From the NCBI GenBank assembly GCA_963604715.1, contig CAVCSV010000010.1:1-56684 (forward strand): a stretch of 56,684 bases of DNA. The letters are read 5' to 3'. Position numbers and translations under genes: made by a program. This document shows, in pieces, positions 17,203-27,155 of this stretch. Position 1 is the first letter of the stretch. The number at the start of each line of letters is the position of its first letter. Under the pieces are notes generated by a model, which did no database searches, was not told the origin of the DNA, and worked only from the letters and a program-made list of their open reading frames with translations. The DNA is from Limosilactobacillus gorillae. Its GTDB lineage: Bacteria; Pseudomonadota; Alphaproteobacteria; CAAGCB01; CAG-977.

Positions 17203-18744
17203 ATGGAAAATACGGCAGCTTTACCGCGTCCCGAACTGTTGCAGGTCGCCGAGGCGGTCGCCCGCGACAAGGGCATTGAAAAAGACGAAGTCTTAACGGC
17301 TATGGAATCGGCGATTCAAAAGGCGGGTCGGTCGAAATACGGCACGGACGTTTATGTGAAAATCGACCGCAAAACGGGTGAAATTCTGGCGTACCCGATG
17401 TACAGCGTCGTTGCCGACGATGCCGACCCCGCGGAAACCGAAGACAATCCGAAAAGCTTGATTAGCTTGACCAAAGCGCGCGAAATCGATCCGAAAGTCA
17501 ACGTCGGTGAAATCGTTATCGATTACCGCAAACAGCTGTCCGTCGATTTCGGTCGCATTCCCGCGCAGACGGCGAAACAGGTCATCGGGCAGAAAATCCG
17601 CGACGCGGAACGCATCCGTCAATATAACGAATACAAAGACCGTGTCGGCGAAATCATCAACGGCATTGTCAAACGCGTCGAAACGGGCAGTGTGATTGTC
17701 GACATCGGGCGCGCCGAAGCCGTTTTGCGCTGGGACGAAATGATTCGCCGCGAAACGTTCCGCACGGGCGACCGCATCCGCGCCTATATCATGGACGTGC
17801 GTTTGGAATCCCGCGGGCCTCAAATCTTTCTGTCCCGCACGCATCCGCAGTTCTTGGCGAAACTGTTCGCGCAGGAAGTTCCCGAAATTTACGACGGCGT
17901 GATTGAAATCAAAGCCGTTGCCCGCGACCCCGGTTCGCGCGCGAAAATGGCTGTGACGGCGACCGATTCGTCGATTGACCCCGTCGGCGCCTGCGTCGGT
18001 ATGCGCGGCGTGCGCGTTCAGGCGGTCGTCAACGAATTGCAGGGTGAAAAAATCGACATCATCCAATGGTCGCCCGATCCCGCAACCTTTATCGTGAACG
18101 CTTTGGCTCCCGCCGAAGTCGTCAAGGTTGTTCTGGACGAAGAAGATCACCGTATGGAAGTCGTCGTTCCCGACGACCAGAAATCGCTGGCTATCGGCGG
18201 ACGCGGTCAAAACGTCCGTTTGGCGTCGCAGCTGACGGGCTGGTACGTCGACATTCTGACCGAAGCCGAAGAATCCGAACGCCGCCAGAGCGAAGTCAAA
18301 GTCCGTACACAGGCGTTTATCGACGCTTTGGACGTTGACGACGTTATCGCGCATTTGCTGGTTGCCGAAGGCTTTAGCTCGGTTGATGAAATCGCCGTCG
18401 TTCCGATGGAAGAAATCGCTTCCATCGAAGGATTCGACGAAGATTTGGCGACCGAACTGCAGAACCGCGCCAAAGCCTACATCGAAAAACGCAACGCCGA
18501 ATTTGCCGTTCGCAGCAAAGAACTGGGCGTTGACGACAGCTTGATGAACTTGGAAGGTTTGACGCAGGAAATGATTGTCAAACTGGCGGAAAAAGGCGTC
18601 AAAACGCTGGACGATTTTGCCGATTTGGCAACGGACGAAGTGTTGGAAATCGTCGGCGAAAACGCGATGACCGCCCACGATGCCGAAGCTTTGATTATGA
18701 AAGCACGGGAGCACTGGTTTGAAAACGACGGCGAAAAAGCCTAA
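17203..18744 (+). CDS. nusA: Transcription termination/antitermination factor NusA
   Basis: S1 and KH domains are recognisable (GACVGMRGVRVQAVVNELQGEKIDII, AIGGRGQNVRLASQLTGW), followed by C-terminal acidic repeats. A gaggaaaaacc RBS precedes the ATG at 17203. Confidence 0.95.
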   Translation: MENTAALPRPELLQVAEAVARDKGIEKDEVLTAMESAIQKAGRSKYGTDVYVKIDRKTGEILAYPMYSVVADDADPAETEDNPKSLISLTKAREIDPKVNVGEIVIDYRKQLSVDFGRIPAQTAKQVIGQKIRDAERIRQYNEYKDRVGEIINGIVKRVETGSVIVDIGRAEAVLRWDEMIRRETFRTGDRIRAYIMDVRLESRGPQIFLSRTHPQFLAKLFAQEVPEIYDGVIEIKAVARDPGSRAKMAVTATDSSIDPVGACVGMRGVRVQAVVNELQGEKIDIIQWSPDPATFIVNALAPAEVVKVVLDEEDHRMEVVVPDDQKSLAIGGRGQNVRLASQLTGWYVDILTEAEESERRQSEVKVRTQAFIDALDVDDVIAHLLVAEGFSSVDEIAVVPMEEIASIEGFDEDLATELQNRAKAYIEKRNAEFAVRSKELGVDDSLMNLEGLTQEMIVKLAEKGVKTLDDFADLATDEVLEIVGENAMTAHDAEALIMKAREHWFENDGEKA

Positions 18745-19375
18745 GAAACAACCCAAACGGCTCTGGCACGGGATGCCCCGCGGCAGCGTCGAACGCAAAG
18801 CCAACCCCGAAACGGTGCGCAAATGCATCGTTTCGGGCGAGGTTTTGCCTGTTGAAAAGCTGATTCGGTTCGGCATTTCCCCCGACGGGGAGGTCTGCCC
18901 CGATTTGGCGAACAAGCTGCCCGGCCGCGGAATATGGATTGCCGCCGACAGGGACGCCGTGCAGACCGCGGTGACAAAGGGCTTGTTTAGAAAGGCGGCT
19001 CGCGCTAAAGTGAGCTGTGCGGACGATTTGGTCGACCGTATAGACGCTCTGTTCGTCAAGCGGATTCAAAGCTTGCTGGGATTCGCGCGCAAAGCGGGGC
19101 AGGTCATTACGGGTTTCGACAAAGTCGCGGCGGCTTTGGAAAAAGGGCGTGCGGCTTATGTCTTGCAGGCGTCCGACGGTTCGCCCGACGGATGCGGAAA
19201 AATAAAACGCCTGTGCGGCGATATTCCCGTCTTTGCCGTGCTGACGGCGGACGAAACGGCGCAGGCGCTCGGCGCGGGGATTTGCGTTCATGCCGCTTTG
19301 ACGGTGGGGGGCGCGGCTGAAAATCTGGTCGCCGAAATCAAACGGCTGGCGGCTTTTCGTCAAAAAGAACTTTAA
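18719..19375 (+). CDS. YlxR (DUF448)-type RNA-binding protein fused to an L7Ae-like domain
   Basis: The YlxR signature is RKCIVSGEVLPVEKLIRF...LPGRGIWI. The C-terminal part is YlxQ/L7Ae-like. The gene lies between nusA and infB. The start is ambiguous between the TTG at 18719 and the ATG at 18773. Confidence 0.8.
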   Translation: MKTTAKKPKKQPKRLWHGMPRGSVERKANPETVRKCIVSGEVLPVEKLIRFGISPDGEVCPDLANKLPGRGIWIAADRDAVQTAVTKGLFRKAARAKVSCADDLVDRIDALFVKRIQSLLGFARKAGQVITGFDKVAAALEKGRAAYVLQASDGSPDGCGKIKRLCGDIPVFAVLTADETAQALGAGICVHAALTVGGAAENLVAEIKRLAAFRQKEL

Positions 19376-19402
19376 TTTGCGTAGGAAAAGGCTGATTTAT
19401 CT

Positions 19403-21946
19403 ATGACAGACGCTAACGATAAAAACAAAGGAACTCCGTTGACTCTTTCCCGTCCCACGCTGGGGCTGAAAAAAACGGTGGACGTGAACCGCGTGCATCA
19501 AAGCGTGGCGGGCGGACGCAACAAATCCGTTCAGGTCGAAGTGCGCAAAAAGCGTTCTTTTGTAACAGACGCTCACGGCAACATTCAGGGCGTTCGTTCC
19601 GATTCCGCCGCGACGATGGACAGCGAAAAGGCGCATCGTTTGAAAGTGCTTCAGGCAGCGATGAAAGCCGACGAGGAAGCCAAAGCGAAAGCCGAAGAGG
19701 AAGCCCGCCTGCGCGCCGAACGCGAAGCCAAAGAAGCTGCCGACCGCGCCGCACGCGAAAAGGCGGAAGCCGAGGAAAAAGCCAAACTGGCTGCTGCGGA
19801 AGCCGCGAAAAAAGCCGCCGCTCCCGCGCCTGCGCCCGTGGTGAAAAAGCCCGTGGAAGCGCCGAAGCCCGTTAAAAAATTCGACAAGCCCGCCGCCCGT
19901 CCGCAACAGCCCGCGATGAGCCCCGAAGCCGCCGAAGCCGCTGAACAGCACCGCGCCAAAACGGCGTTCAAGCACAAAGAATCGCGCGACGACGATCGCC
20001 GCCAAGCCAGACGCGGCGGCGGTGACGACGAAAAATGGCGCGGCGGTCGCAATATGTCGGCTTTGATGCGCGGCGACGACGAAGAAGGACGCGGCAGAAG
20101 CTTGGCTTCCATCAAGCGCGCCCGCGAAAAAGAACGTCAAAAGATGTTCGGCGCGCCCAAACCCGCCGAAAAGGTTTACCGCGAAGTCATCATTCCCGAA
20201 ACCATCACGGTTCAGGAATTGGCGGCGCGTATGAGCGAACGCGGCGCGGATGTTGTCAAAGCGCTGATGAAAATGGGCGTCATGGCGACCATTACGCAGA
20301 CTATTGATGCGGACATCGCACAAATCATTGTCGAAGAAATGGGACACAAAGCCCGCCGCGTCGCCGATGCCGACGTTGAAGAGGGATTGCGCGACGCGCC
20401 CGATGCCGAAGAAACGAAACTGCCCCGTCCGCCCGTTGTGACGGTTATGGGACACGTCGACCACGGCAAAACGTCTTTGCTGGACGCGTTGCGTTCGACG
20501 GATGTTGCGGGACACGAAGCTGGCGGCATTACGCAGCATATCGGCGCGTATCAGGTCAAGTTGGAAAACGGTCAGCGCGTAACGTTCATCGACACGCCGG
20601 GGCACGCCGCCTTTACGGAAATGCGCGCCCGCGGTGCGAAAGTCACCGACATCGTTGTTTTGGTGGTTGCGGCGAACGACGGCATTATGCCGCAAACGAT
20701 TGAAGCGATTACGCACGCGAAAGCGGCGGGCGTTCCCATCGTTGTCGCCATCAACAAAATCGACGTTCCGGGGGCGAATCCCGAAAAAGTGCGTCAGGAT
20801 TTGATGCAGCACGGCGTTTTCGTCGAAAGCATGGGCGGTGACGTTCTGTCCGTCGAAGTGTCGGCGAAAAAACGCATCAACTTGGACAAACTGATTGAAG
20901 CTATTTTGCTGCAAGCCGAAATTCTGGATTTGAAAGCCAACCCGAACCATTCGGCGGAAGGCGCGATTATCGAAGCCAAAATGGAAAAAGGACGCGGTTC
21001 CGTCGCAACCGTTTTGGTTCAGCGCGGCACGCTGAAACAGGGCGACATTTTCGTCGCGGGCAACAACTGGGGACGCGTTCGCGCTTTGACGAACGAATAC
21101 GGTCACCGCGTGGACAGCGCGACGCCGTCCGTTCCCGTCGAAGTCATCGGTTTCCAAAGCACGCCTTGTGCGGGTGACGACTTTATCGTCGTCGCGAACG
21201 AAGACAAGGCGCGCGAAATCGCGAACTACCGCCAGCGCAAAGAACGCGAAGCCCTGCAGGTCAAGAGCACGCGTTCCGCCGTCGAACAGATGTTCGACAA
21301 GATTAAAGCGGGCGAAGTCAAAGAACTGCCCGTCGTGGTTAAAGCCGACGTTCAGGGTTCGGTCGAAGCGATTACCGCGACGCTGAACAAAATTGCCACC
21401 GACAAGGTGCGTGTCCGTGTTTTGCATGCGGCGGTCGGCGCGATTAACGAATCCGACGTAACGCTGGCGAAAGCGTCCAGCGCGCTGATTATCGGCTTCA
21501 ACGTTCGCGCGAACACTTTGGCGCGTACCGCGGCGAAGCGCGACGGCATCGAAATCCGCTACTATTCCGTGATTTACGAAGTCGCCGACGCGGTTCACAA
21601 CATCTTGGAAGGCATGCTGGAACCCGAACTGAAAGAAAAGATTTTGGGCTATGCAAAGATTCGCGAAGTCTACAACATCTCGAAAGTCGGCAAGGTCGCG
21701 GGCTGTATGGTCAAGGAAGGCTTGATGAAGCGCGGCGCGAAAGTCCGCCTGTTGCGTTCCAACGTTGTTTACCACACGGGGACTTTGGCGCAGCTGAAAC
21801 GCTTCAAGGACGACGTCAAGGAAGTCCGCGAGGGCTACGAATGCGGCATGAGCTTTGAAAACTTCAACGACATCATGGTCGACGACACGGTCGAATGCTA
21901 TGAAATCGAAGAAGTCGCCGCCAAACTGGACGACATCCGCGTATAA
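19403..21946 (+). CDS. infB: Translation initiation factor IF-2
   Basis: GTPase motifs are [19 protein letters not shown] and NKID. The N-terminal region is K/E/A-rich and the protein is 847 aa. Confidence 0.97.
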   Translation: MTDANDKNKGTPLTLSRPTLGLKKTVDVNRVHQSVAGGRNKSVQVEVRKKRSFVTDAHGNIQGVRSDSAATMDSEKAHRLKVLQAAMKADEEAKAKAEEEARLRAEREAKEAADRAAREKAEAEEKAKLAAAEAAKKAAAPAPAPVVKKPVEAPKPVKKFDKPAARPQQPAMSPEAAEAAEQHRAKTAFKHKESRDDDRRQARRGGGDDEKWRGGRNMSALMRGDDEEGRGRSLASIKRAREKERQKMFGAPKPAEKVYREVIIPETITVQELAARMSERGADVVKALMKMGVMATITQTIDADIAQIIVEEMGHKARRVADADVEEGLRDAPDAEETKLPRPPVVTVMGHVDHGKTSLLDALRSTDVAGHEAGGITQHIGAYQVKLENGQRVTFIDTPGHAAFTEMRARGAKVTDIVVLVVAANDGIMPQTIEAITHAKAAGVPIVVAINKIDVPGANPEKVRQDLMQHGVFVESMGGDVLSVEVSAKKRINLDKLIEAILLQAEILDLKANPNHSAEGAIIEAKMEKGRGSVATVLVQRGTLKQGDIFVAGNNWGRVRALTNEYGHRVDSATPSVPVEVIGFQSTPCAGDDFIVVANEDKAREIANYRQRKEREALQVKSTRSAVEQMFDKIKAGEVKELPVVVKADVQGSVEAITATLNKIATDKVRVRVLHAAVGAINESDVTLAKASSALIIGFNVRANTLARTAAKRDGIEIRYYSVIYEVADAVHNILEGMLEPELKEKILGYAKIREVYNISKVGKVAGCMVKEGLMKRGAKVRLLRSNVVYHTGTLAQLKRFKDDVKEVREGYECGMSFENFNDIMVDDTVECYEIEEVAAKLDDIRV

Positions 21947-21958
21947 GGAGCGTTGAGC

Positions 21959-22375
21959 ATGAGGTCGAATTCCAAACCCGCAACACAGCGTCAACTGCGC
22001 GTCGGCGAACAAATCCGCCACATCTTGGCGGACTGTTTCCAGCGCGGCAACGTGCCGAAGGACTTTTTGGACTGCCCGCCCGTTTCGGTGATGGAAGTCA
22101 AAATTTCGCCCGATTTTTCGTACTGCAAAGCGTACATTTCCGTCCTGTCGATTGAACCTGCGACGGCGACCGATTTGGCGAAAGCGCTGAACAAGCAGGC
22201 GGGATTTTTCCGCAAAATCGTCGGAACGAAAATCCGTCTGCGTCTGACGCCCGAAATTCATTTTCTGGCGGACGGCGCGCAGGAGGAAGCCGACAGAATC
22301 GACGCTTTGCTTGCCAGCGAAAAGGTACAGCGCGATTTGACGGCGGTACACGATGACGAAGAAGCCGATGGTTAA
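21959..22375 (+). CDS. rbfA: Ribosome-binding factor A
   Basis: The motif is QRQLRVGEQIRHILA...PEIHF. An aaggag RBS lies 8 nt upstream of the ATG at 21959. Confidence 0.9.
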   Translation: MRSNSKPATQRQLRVGEQIRHILADCFQRGNVPKDFLDCPPVSVMEVKISPDFSYCKAYISVLSIEPATATDLAKALNKQAGFFRKIVGTKIRLRLTPEIHFLADGAQEEADRIDALLASEKVQRDLTAVHDDEEADG

Positions 22376-23147
22376 GGCGATCTTTTTCGACATTGACGGA
22401 ACACTAATCAGCTTTCGGACGCATACGATGCCCGAATCGGCGCGGCAGGCGTTAAAAGCTTTGCGTCAAAACGGCGTCAAAGTGTTCGTTGCGACGGGGC
22501 GCGCACCGAGCAGCGCCGAATTTATCAAGGAATACTTCGATTTCGACGGCTTTGTTTACTTTAATGGTGCGCTGTGTGCGGACAAAGACGGCAACACGCT
22601 GTACAACGAACCGCTGAACCGCGCCGCCGTCGACGTTGCGATTCCGTATATGAACGAAAACAAAATCGCCTGCTGTTTCGAAATGGCTGACCGCACCGTG
22701 TTCAACCTGATAAACGACCGCGTGCGCGAACTGATGAAGCTGGTGGACGAAGCGTCCATTCCGTCGTCCGTCGAGGATGTGTCGCAAACAGCGGACAGCG
22801 TTTACCAGTTGTCCGCTTTTGTAACAGAGGACGAAGAGGCGGGGTTGATGCGTCTGTTGCCCGATTGCAAAGCGTTGCGGTGGCATCCTTTGTTTGTCAA
22901 CGTTGTCGGCAAAAACGGCGGAAAGCCTGTCGGCATTGCCAAAATTTGCGAAAAGTACGGCTTTGATTTAAAGGATGTCATGGCGTTCGGCGACGGCGGC
23001 AACGATTGCGATATGCTGAAAACCGTAGGAACGGGCGTTGCCATGGGCAACGCGGGGGACGAGGTCAAGCGGATTGCCGATTATGTTACGACCGATGTCG
23101 ACGATAACGGGATTTTCAACGCGTTGAAACACTTTGAAGTGATTTGA
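22368..23147 (+). CDS. Cof-type HAD-IIB phosphatase, paralogue 1
   Basis: Motifs are IFFDIDGTL, ATGR and AFGDGGNDCDML. The start was set by alignment to paralogue 2 (MVKAIFF versus MVKAVFF). Confidence 0.85.
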   Translation: MVKAIFFDIDGTLISFRTHTMPESARQALKALRQNGVKVFVATGRAPSSAEFIKEYFDFDGFVYFNGALCADKDGNTLYNEPLNRAAVDVAIPYMNENKIACCFEMADRTVFNLINDRVRELMKLVDEASIPSSVEDVSQTADSVYQLSAFVTEDEEAGLMRLLPDCKALRWHPLFVNVVGKNGGKPVGIAKICEKYGFDLKDVMAFGDGGNDCDMLKTVGTGVAMGNAGDEVKRIADYVTTDVDDNGIFNALKHFEVI

Positions 23148-23148
23148 T

Positions 23149-23910
23149 ATGGTAAAAGCGGTTTTTTTCGACATTGACGGAACGCTGGTCAATTACAAAA
23201 CGCACGTCATTTGCGATTCGACGCTGGCGGCTTTGCGGGCTTTGCGCGCGCAGGGCGTCAAGCTGTTCGTTGCAACGGGACGCCCGCTGAAAGGCACGGC
23301 GTTTTTAAAGGATATTTTCGATTTTGACGGCTTTTTGGCGCTGACGGGGTCGTATTGCGCGGACAGGGACGGCGTGTTTTTTACCAAAAAAATGTCCATG
23401 GACACGCGCACCCGCTTTATGGACTATTTGGAATCGCACAATCTGGCGGGTATTATGGAAACGGCGGACAGGTACGTTTACACCGAAATCAACGACCGCG
23501 TGCGCACCGTGATGAACCGCGAACTGCCGCCCGCCGAAAACTGCCGCGAACTGGCGGAAGATGTTTATCAGATGATTGCTTTCGTCGATGCAAACGAACA
23601 GGCGGGCTTGATGGCGCAAATGCACGACTGCACCGCTTTCCGCTGGAGCGACGGGGCAATCGATTTGACGCTGAAAACTGGCGGAAAACGCGCGGGTATT
23701 GCCGCCGTTTTGGAAAAATACGGCATTGACCGCGCCGACACTATGGCGTTCGGCGACGGCGGCAACGATACGGATATGCTGCAATTCGTCGGAACGGGCA
23801 TCGCCATGGGCAACGCCGCTGATGCCGCCAAAGCCGCCGCCGCCTACGTTACCGACGATGTGGAACACGACGGGATTTTCAAGGCTTTGAAGCACTTTGG
23901 CGTGATTTGA
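23149..23910 (+). CDS. Cof-type HAD-IIB phosphatase, paralogue 2
   Basis: Motifs are VFFDIDGTL, ATGR and AFGDGGNDTDML. By eye it is roughly half identical to the upstream gene and begins 1 nt after its stop. Confidence 0.85.
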   Translation: MVKAVFFDIDGTLVNYKTHVICDSTLAALRALRAQGVKLFVATGRPLKGTAFLKDIFDFDGFLALTGSYCADRDGVFFTKKMSMDTRTRFMDYLESHNLAGIMETADRYVYTEINDRVRTVMNRELPPAENCRELAEDVYQMIAFVDANEQAGLMAQMHDCTAFRWSDGAIDLTLKTGGKRAGIAAVLEKYGIDRADTMAFGDGGNDTDMLQFVGTGIAMGNAADAAKAAAAYVTDDVEHDGIFKALKHFGVI

Positions 23911-24805
23911 GCCTGTGTCGCCTGTTTTGGTCAAGGGCGGCGTTCAAACGCAATCGGATGTATTTCGAAACGGAGGGCTGTTCGGCGCAATATTGTTCCG
24001 TTACGGCGGAAATCAAACGCGGGTCGTAGTCTGTGAAGCGTTGAACGAAAGTCAATCCGAACATCGGAACAACGGAATTGAACATATAAAAAGCGTTTTT
24101 TTTGACAAACGGAAATCCCAAAAACGGCAAAATCAGCGCTTCGTTGTCGTATAAACGGATTTTGTTTGTTCGAATCCGCATGATAAGGCGAATCGGGAAC
24201 GGAATCACTTGACGCAAGGCGGATTTGATTTCGCGGCGGTGCTGTTTATAAAGGCTTTTCAAGTCTTTTTTATCCAAAAAAGCCGCCGTTTTCCCCGAAC
24301 ATAAAATGCCGCTCAGCCGTTTTTCGCATTGAACGAAATAAGTTTTGTCGGCGGACGGTTTCAACTCTTTGAAAAAAGCCCTGAAATCGTTCCGCAAAAA
24401 CATCCGTTTTTTGACGACCAGAAAAAAGCTCATCAAAAATTTGTTTTTGGCAAGCCCCCACGCGTCGCAGTCCAAAGCATCCATTTTGTCGAAAATCGGC
24501 TGAAGCGGGCAAATCGGACCGAAACACGAATCGTTCGTCAAAATCATTTCGTCGTAGCGTTCGATAAAATCCCAGCCCAAAGCGTCGATGATTTTCGCCC
24601 ACGACCCGAAATCGTATTTCGAATGTTTGCCCAGGAAAACGCCCTTGACGAACGGAGCGATTTTGGCGGTTTCCGCGGCGGACAAATCATTGTCGGCGCA
24701 ATAGTAAACGTCGGCTGTTTCGGACAGGCTTTTCAAATAATAAACAACGTATTGTTCGATTTTTTGCTTCGGACTGAATCCCGCGAACAAACAAAGGCGT
24801 TTCAT
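23879..24805 (-). CDS. Rhamnan-synthesis-protein-F (RgpF)-like glycosyltransferase-family protein
   Basis: The pattern I associate with RgpF-family N-terminal modules is present: KYDFGSW...YDEMILTNDSCFGPICPL...DAWGL. The 3' end overlaps the convergent HAD gene by 32 nt. Confidence 0.55.
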   Translation of the reverse strand: MKRLCLFAGFSPKQKIEQYVVYYLKSLSETADVYYCADNDLSAAETAKIAPFVKGVFLGKHSKYDFGSWAKIIDALGWDFIERYDEMILTNDSCFGPICPLQPIFDKMDALDCDAWGLAKNKFLMSFFLVVKKRMFLRNDFRAFFKELKPSADKTYFVQCEKRLSGILCSGKTAAFLDKKDLKSLYKQHRREIKSALRQVIPFPIRLIMRIRTNKIRLYDNEALILPFLGFPFVKKNAFYMFNSVVPMFGLTFVQRFTDYDPRLISAVTEQYCAEQPSVSKYIRLRLNAALDQNRRHRLKSRQSASKP

Positions 24806-24875
24806 GACTTTCCTCCTGAAAAGAAAGTCAAAATACCATAGGGGGAGGGGGGTATAGTCAACAAGAAAAACAAAT

Positions 24876-24906
24876 AAAAACCCGAAAGGAATCTTGTCCT
24901 TTCGGG
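24876..24906 (-). terminator. Intrinsic terminator downstream of plsC
   Basis: On the minus strand, cccgaaagg, loop acaagatt, cctttcggg, followed by tttttatttg. Confidence 0.7.
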
Positions 24907-24931
24907 CTTTGTATTTCGGCGGTTTTGTGTT

Positions 24932-25639
24932 TTACATCGGCTTTATTTCCCGACAGCCTTGTTCGATGCGGTTTCCCAGCTCGTCTAAAAATTCACGCTT
25001 GGGCAATCCCTGCGGCATGGCGGGCATAAATTGAATGACGACTTTCCCCGGTTTTTTGATGAAAGCCTTTTTTCCCCAGAAATACCCCGTGTTGACCGCC
25101 GCGGGAATAACGGGAACGCCGCATTTTTCATACAGCAAAGCCACGCCGGGGTTGCATTTCGTCGGCGTGCCGGGGGGCGTGCGCGTCCCTTCGGGAAAGA
25201 TGACGACGGGGCGGTTTTTGCTTAACCGTTTTTGCGCGCCGTCCAGCATGGTGCGCATGGCTTTCGCGCCCGACGAACGGTCGATGGGAATGCTGCCCAT
25301 AAACAGCAGGTTCCACCCGAACAGGGGGATGTAAAGCAGTTCTTTTTTCAAAATGTAGCAGGGAAACGGCAAAATGGCATGGTACGCCATTGTTTCCATG
25401 GCGGATTGGTGCTTCGACGCGATGATATAGCGGTGCGAGTCCCGCGGCAGGTTTTCGGCGCCGCGCACTTCGAAATCCAATCCGACAATGACGCGCATGC
25501 CCCAAATAATCAGCTTGCCCCACCAGCGGGCGATAACGGGACATTGCGGCAGAAAGAAAATGCAGCATCCCAGAATGCAGATGACAATCGTAACGACAAT
25601 ATAATAGATGTCGAAAATCACGGAACGGATAAAGATCAT
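24932..25639 (-). CDS. plsC: 1-acyl-sn-glycerol-3-phosphate (lysophospholipid) acyltransferase
   Basis: An N-terminal TM segment is followed by the KHQSAMET (HX4D/E block) and FPEGTR motifs. Confidence 0.85.
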   Translation of the reverse strand: MIFIRSVIFDIYYIVVTIVICILGCCIFFLPQCPVIARWWGKLIIWGMRVIVGLDFEVRGAENLPRDSHRYIIASKHQSAMETMAYHAILPFPCYILKKELLYIPLFGWNLLFMGSIPIDRSSGAKAMRTMLDGAQKRLSKNRPVVIFPEGTRTPPGTPTKCNPGVALLYEKCGVPVIPAAVNTGYFWGKKAFIKKPGKVVIQFMPAMPQGLPKREFLDELGNRIEQGCREIKPM

Positions 25640-26262
25640 TGTTCCAAAACCTCCTTGGATTCAAAATCGGGTAAACGGCGCGGAAACAAATTGCGCAGGG
25701 AAACGAACAAAAATTTGGTGTATTCGGACACAATCAAAGCGGTCGAACCGCGCCATTTCCACCAATCGGCGTGTTTGAACGTTTGCGGAAAAACGGGATG
25801 CGGCAAAATGGTGATGTCGGGCATGACGTTTTTGAATTCGGAATAACTGCGCGGCATGTGATAGGACGCGGTAACCAGCCGCATGCTGGTATAGCCGTTT
25901 TTTTTCATCCACGCCAGACTTTCCAGCGCGTTTTCGGTCGTGTTGCGCGCCACATGCCCCAGCACGATTTTGTCGTTGACTTCGGACGGCAGTTCGTCAA
26001 TCGTTTGCGCCAGATTCATCCAGTCGACTTTGCGGTTGACGCCGGAAATCAGCAATTTTTGGGCTTTGCCCTGTTTCAGCAGGTTGACGGCGGTGGACAG
26101 CCGCTCCGTTCCGCCCGTCAGCGCGACAATCGCTTCGGTTCTCGTATCTTCGTCCGCGGGCTTTTTGTTGACCAAAGCGGCGAAACAGAGCAAACCCGCC
26201 GTCCACAGCACGGCGCACGGAAGCAAAACATACAGGCAGAGGCGGCGGATTTTTTTGGTCAT
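25636..26262 (-). CDS. YdcF/ElyC-family (DUF218) protein
   Basis: An N-terminal TM segment is followed by ALTGGTERL...LISGV...TENA...LVTASYHMPRS. The ATG at 26262 forms an ATGA overlap with the ftsX stop. Confidence 0.75.
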   Translation of the reverse strand: MTKKIRRLCLYVLLPCAVLWTAGLLCFAALVNKKPADEDTRTEAIVALTGGTERLSTAVNLLKQGKAQKLLISGVNRKVDWMNLAQTIDELPSEVNDKIVLGHVARNTTENALESLAWMKKNGYTSMRLVTASYHMPRSYSEFKNVMPDITILPHPVFPQTFKHADWWKWRGSTALIVSEYTKFLFVSLRNLFPRRLPDFESKEVLEQ

Positions 26263-27155
26263 AACAGCCGCCTTAAAGTTCTGTGAACCGTCCAATACGC
26301 GGTCAGGGTCGCCAAAGCAATCGCCGCGGCGGGAATCAAGCCCAGCAAAACCCACGCCGCCGCGTCAAATCGGGCTTCGGACAGCAAGCCGCCCTCGATT
26401 TCGCGGGCAATCGACGACAGCATGAACAAAATCGGCAGGACGAAGCAAAATCCGGGGATTGCGCCGAACGCCGCCAAAGTTCCCATGCGCAAAGCGTACT
26501 GCCGCGCGATGTACGCGTCGTGCGCGCCCGTTTGGTGCAGCAGTTCGATAACGGGTTTATGCACCGCCAGCGACGAACAGGTGACGTAAATCACGATAAT
26601 CGACGTTGTGGCAATCACCAGCATCAACAGCGTCGACGCCAGATAATCCAGTCTTTGCGTCAGTTTTATCAGCTTGCCCAGCCACAGTTTGTGCACGTCC
26701 AGCGACGCGTTCGGCGCGCTTTTTTTCAGCAAGGTTTTCAAAATGTCCAAATCGACAACGGTGTCGGGCAGCAGCTGCACGTCAATCAAAGCGGGCAAGG
26801 GCAAATCGTCCAGCAAAACGCTGTCGCCCAGCCACGGCTTCAGCAAATCTTTCATCTGTCTGTCGGTCAGCAGGTTTGCGGACGACACTCCTGCCGTTTT
26901 GCGCAGGACGGACAACGCTTCGTCGATTTCCAACTGTGTTTTTTTGCGGTTGATTTTGCCGTTTTCCTCTATCGGCAGGACTTGAACGGTCAGCGACCCC
27001 GAAATCGAACGGCTCCACCGCGCCAGCATCGAATTCAGCGACAAAGTGCCCGCCGTCGTCAATGTGGCGAAAAACACCATCAGCATCACCATCCACGGCA
27101 GAAACCAGCTCAAGCCGTCTTTCGAAAAAGGCAAATCGCTGGGACGTCTAAACAT
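26259..27155 (-). CDS. ftsX: Cell-division ABC transporter permease FtsX
   Basis: The protein has four TM segments with a large first periplasmic loop. It lies directly downstream of ftsE and overlaps it. Confidence 0.85.
   Translation of the reverse strand: MFRRPSDLPFSKDGLSWFLPWMVMLMVFFATLTTAGTLSLNSMLARWSRSISGSLTVQVLPIEENGKINRKKTQLEIDEALSVLRKTAGVSSANLLTDRQMKDLLKPWLGDSVLLDDLPLPALIDVQLLPDTVVDLDILKTLLKKSAPNASLDVHKLWLGKLIKLTQRLDYLASTLLMLVIATTSIIVIYVTCSSLAVHKPVIELLHQTGAHDAYIARQYALRMGTLAAFGAIPGFCFVLPILFMLSSIAREIEGGLLSEARFDAAAWVLLGLIPAAAIALATLTAYWTVHRTLRRLL

Noticed and set aside
17293-19059. A 588-aa minus-strand ORF antisense to nusA and ylxR
   Set aside because: The reasoning is the same as for the infB antisense ORF. 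NusA on the plus strand has clear S1/KH motifs, and the antisense product is featureless.
19397-22393. A 998-aa stop-free ORF on the minus strand spanning all of infB and rbfA
   Set aside because: It is exactly antisense to two unambiguous, motif-rich genes. Its translation is R/F/V/A/G/D-rich low complexity with no recognisable motif. Long antisense frames are expected when sense codons TTA, CTA and TCA are rare. I treat it as a compositional artefact.
24838-24852. A G5-A-G6 tract (C6-T-C5 on the coding strand) just upstream of the RgpF-like gene, considered as a phase-variation tract
   Set aside because: The homopolymer runs are only 5-6 nt and interrupted, which is shorter than tracts known to slip at useful frequency. 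They lie in the 5' UTR rather than the ORF.
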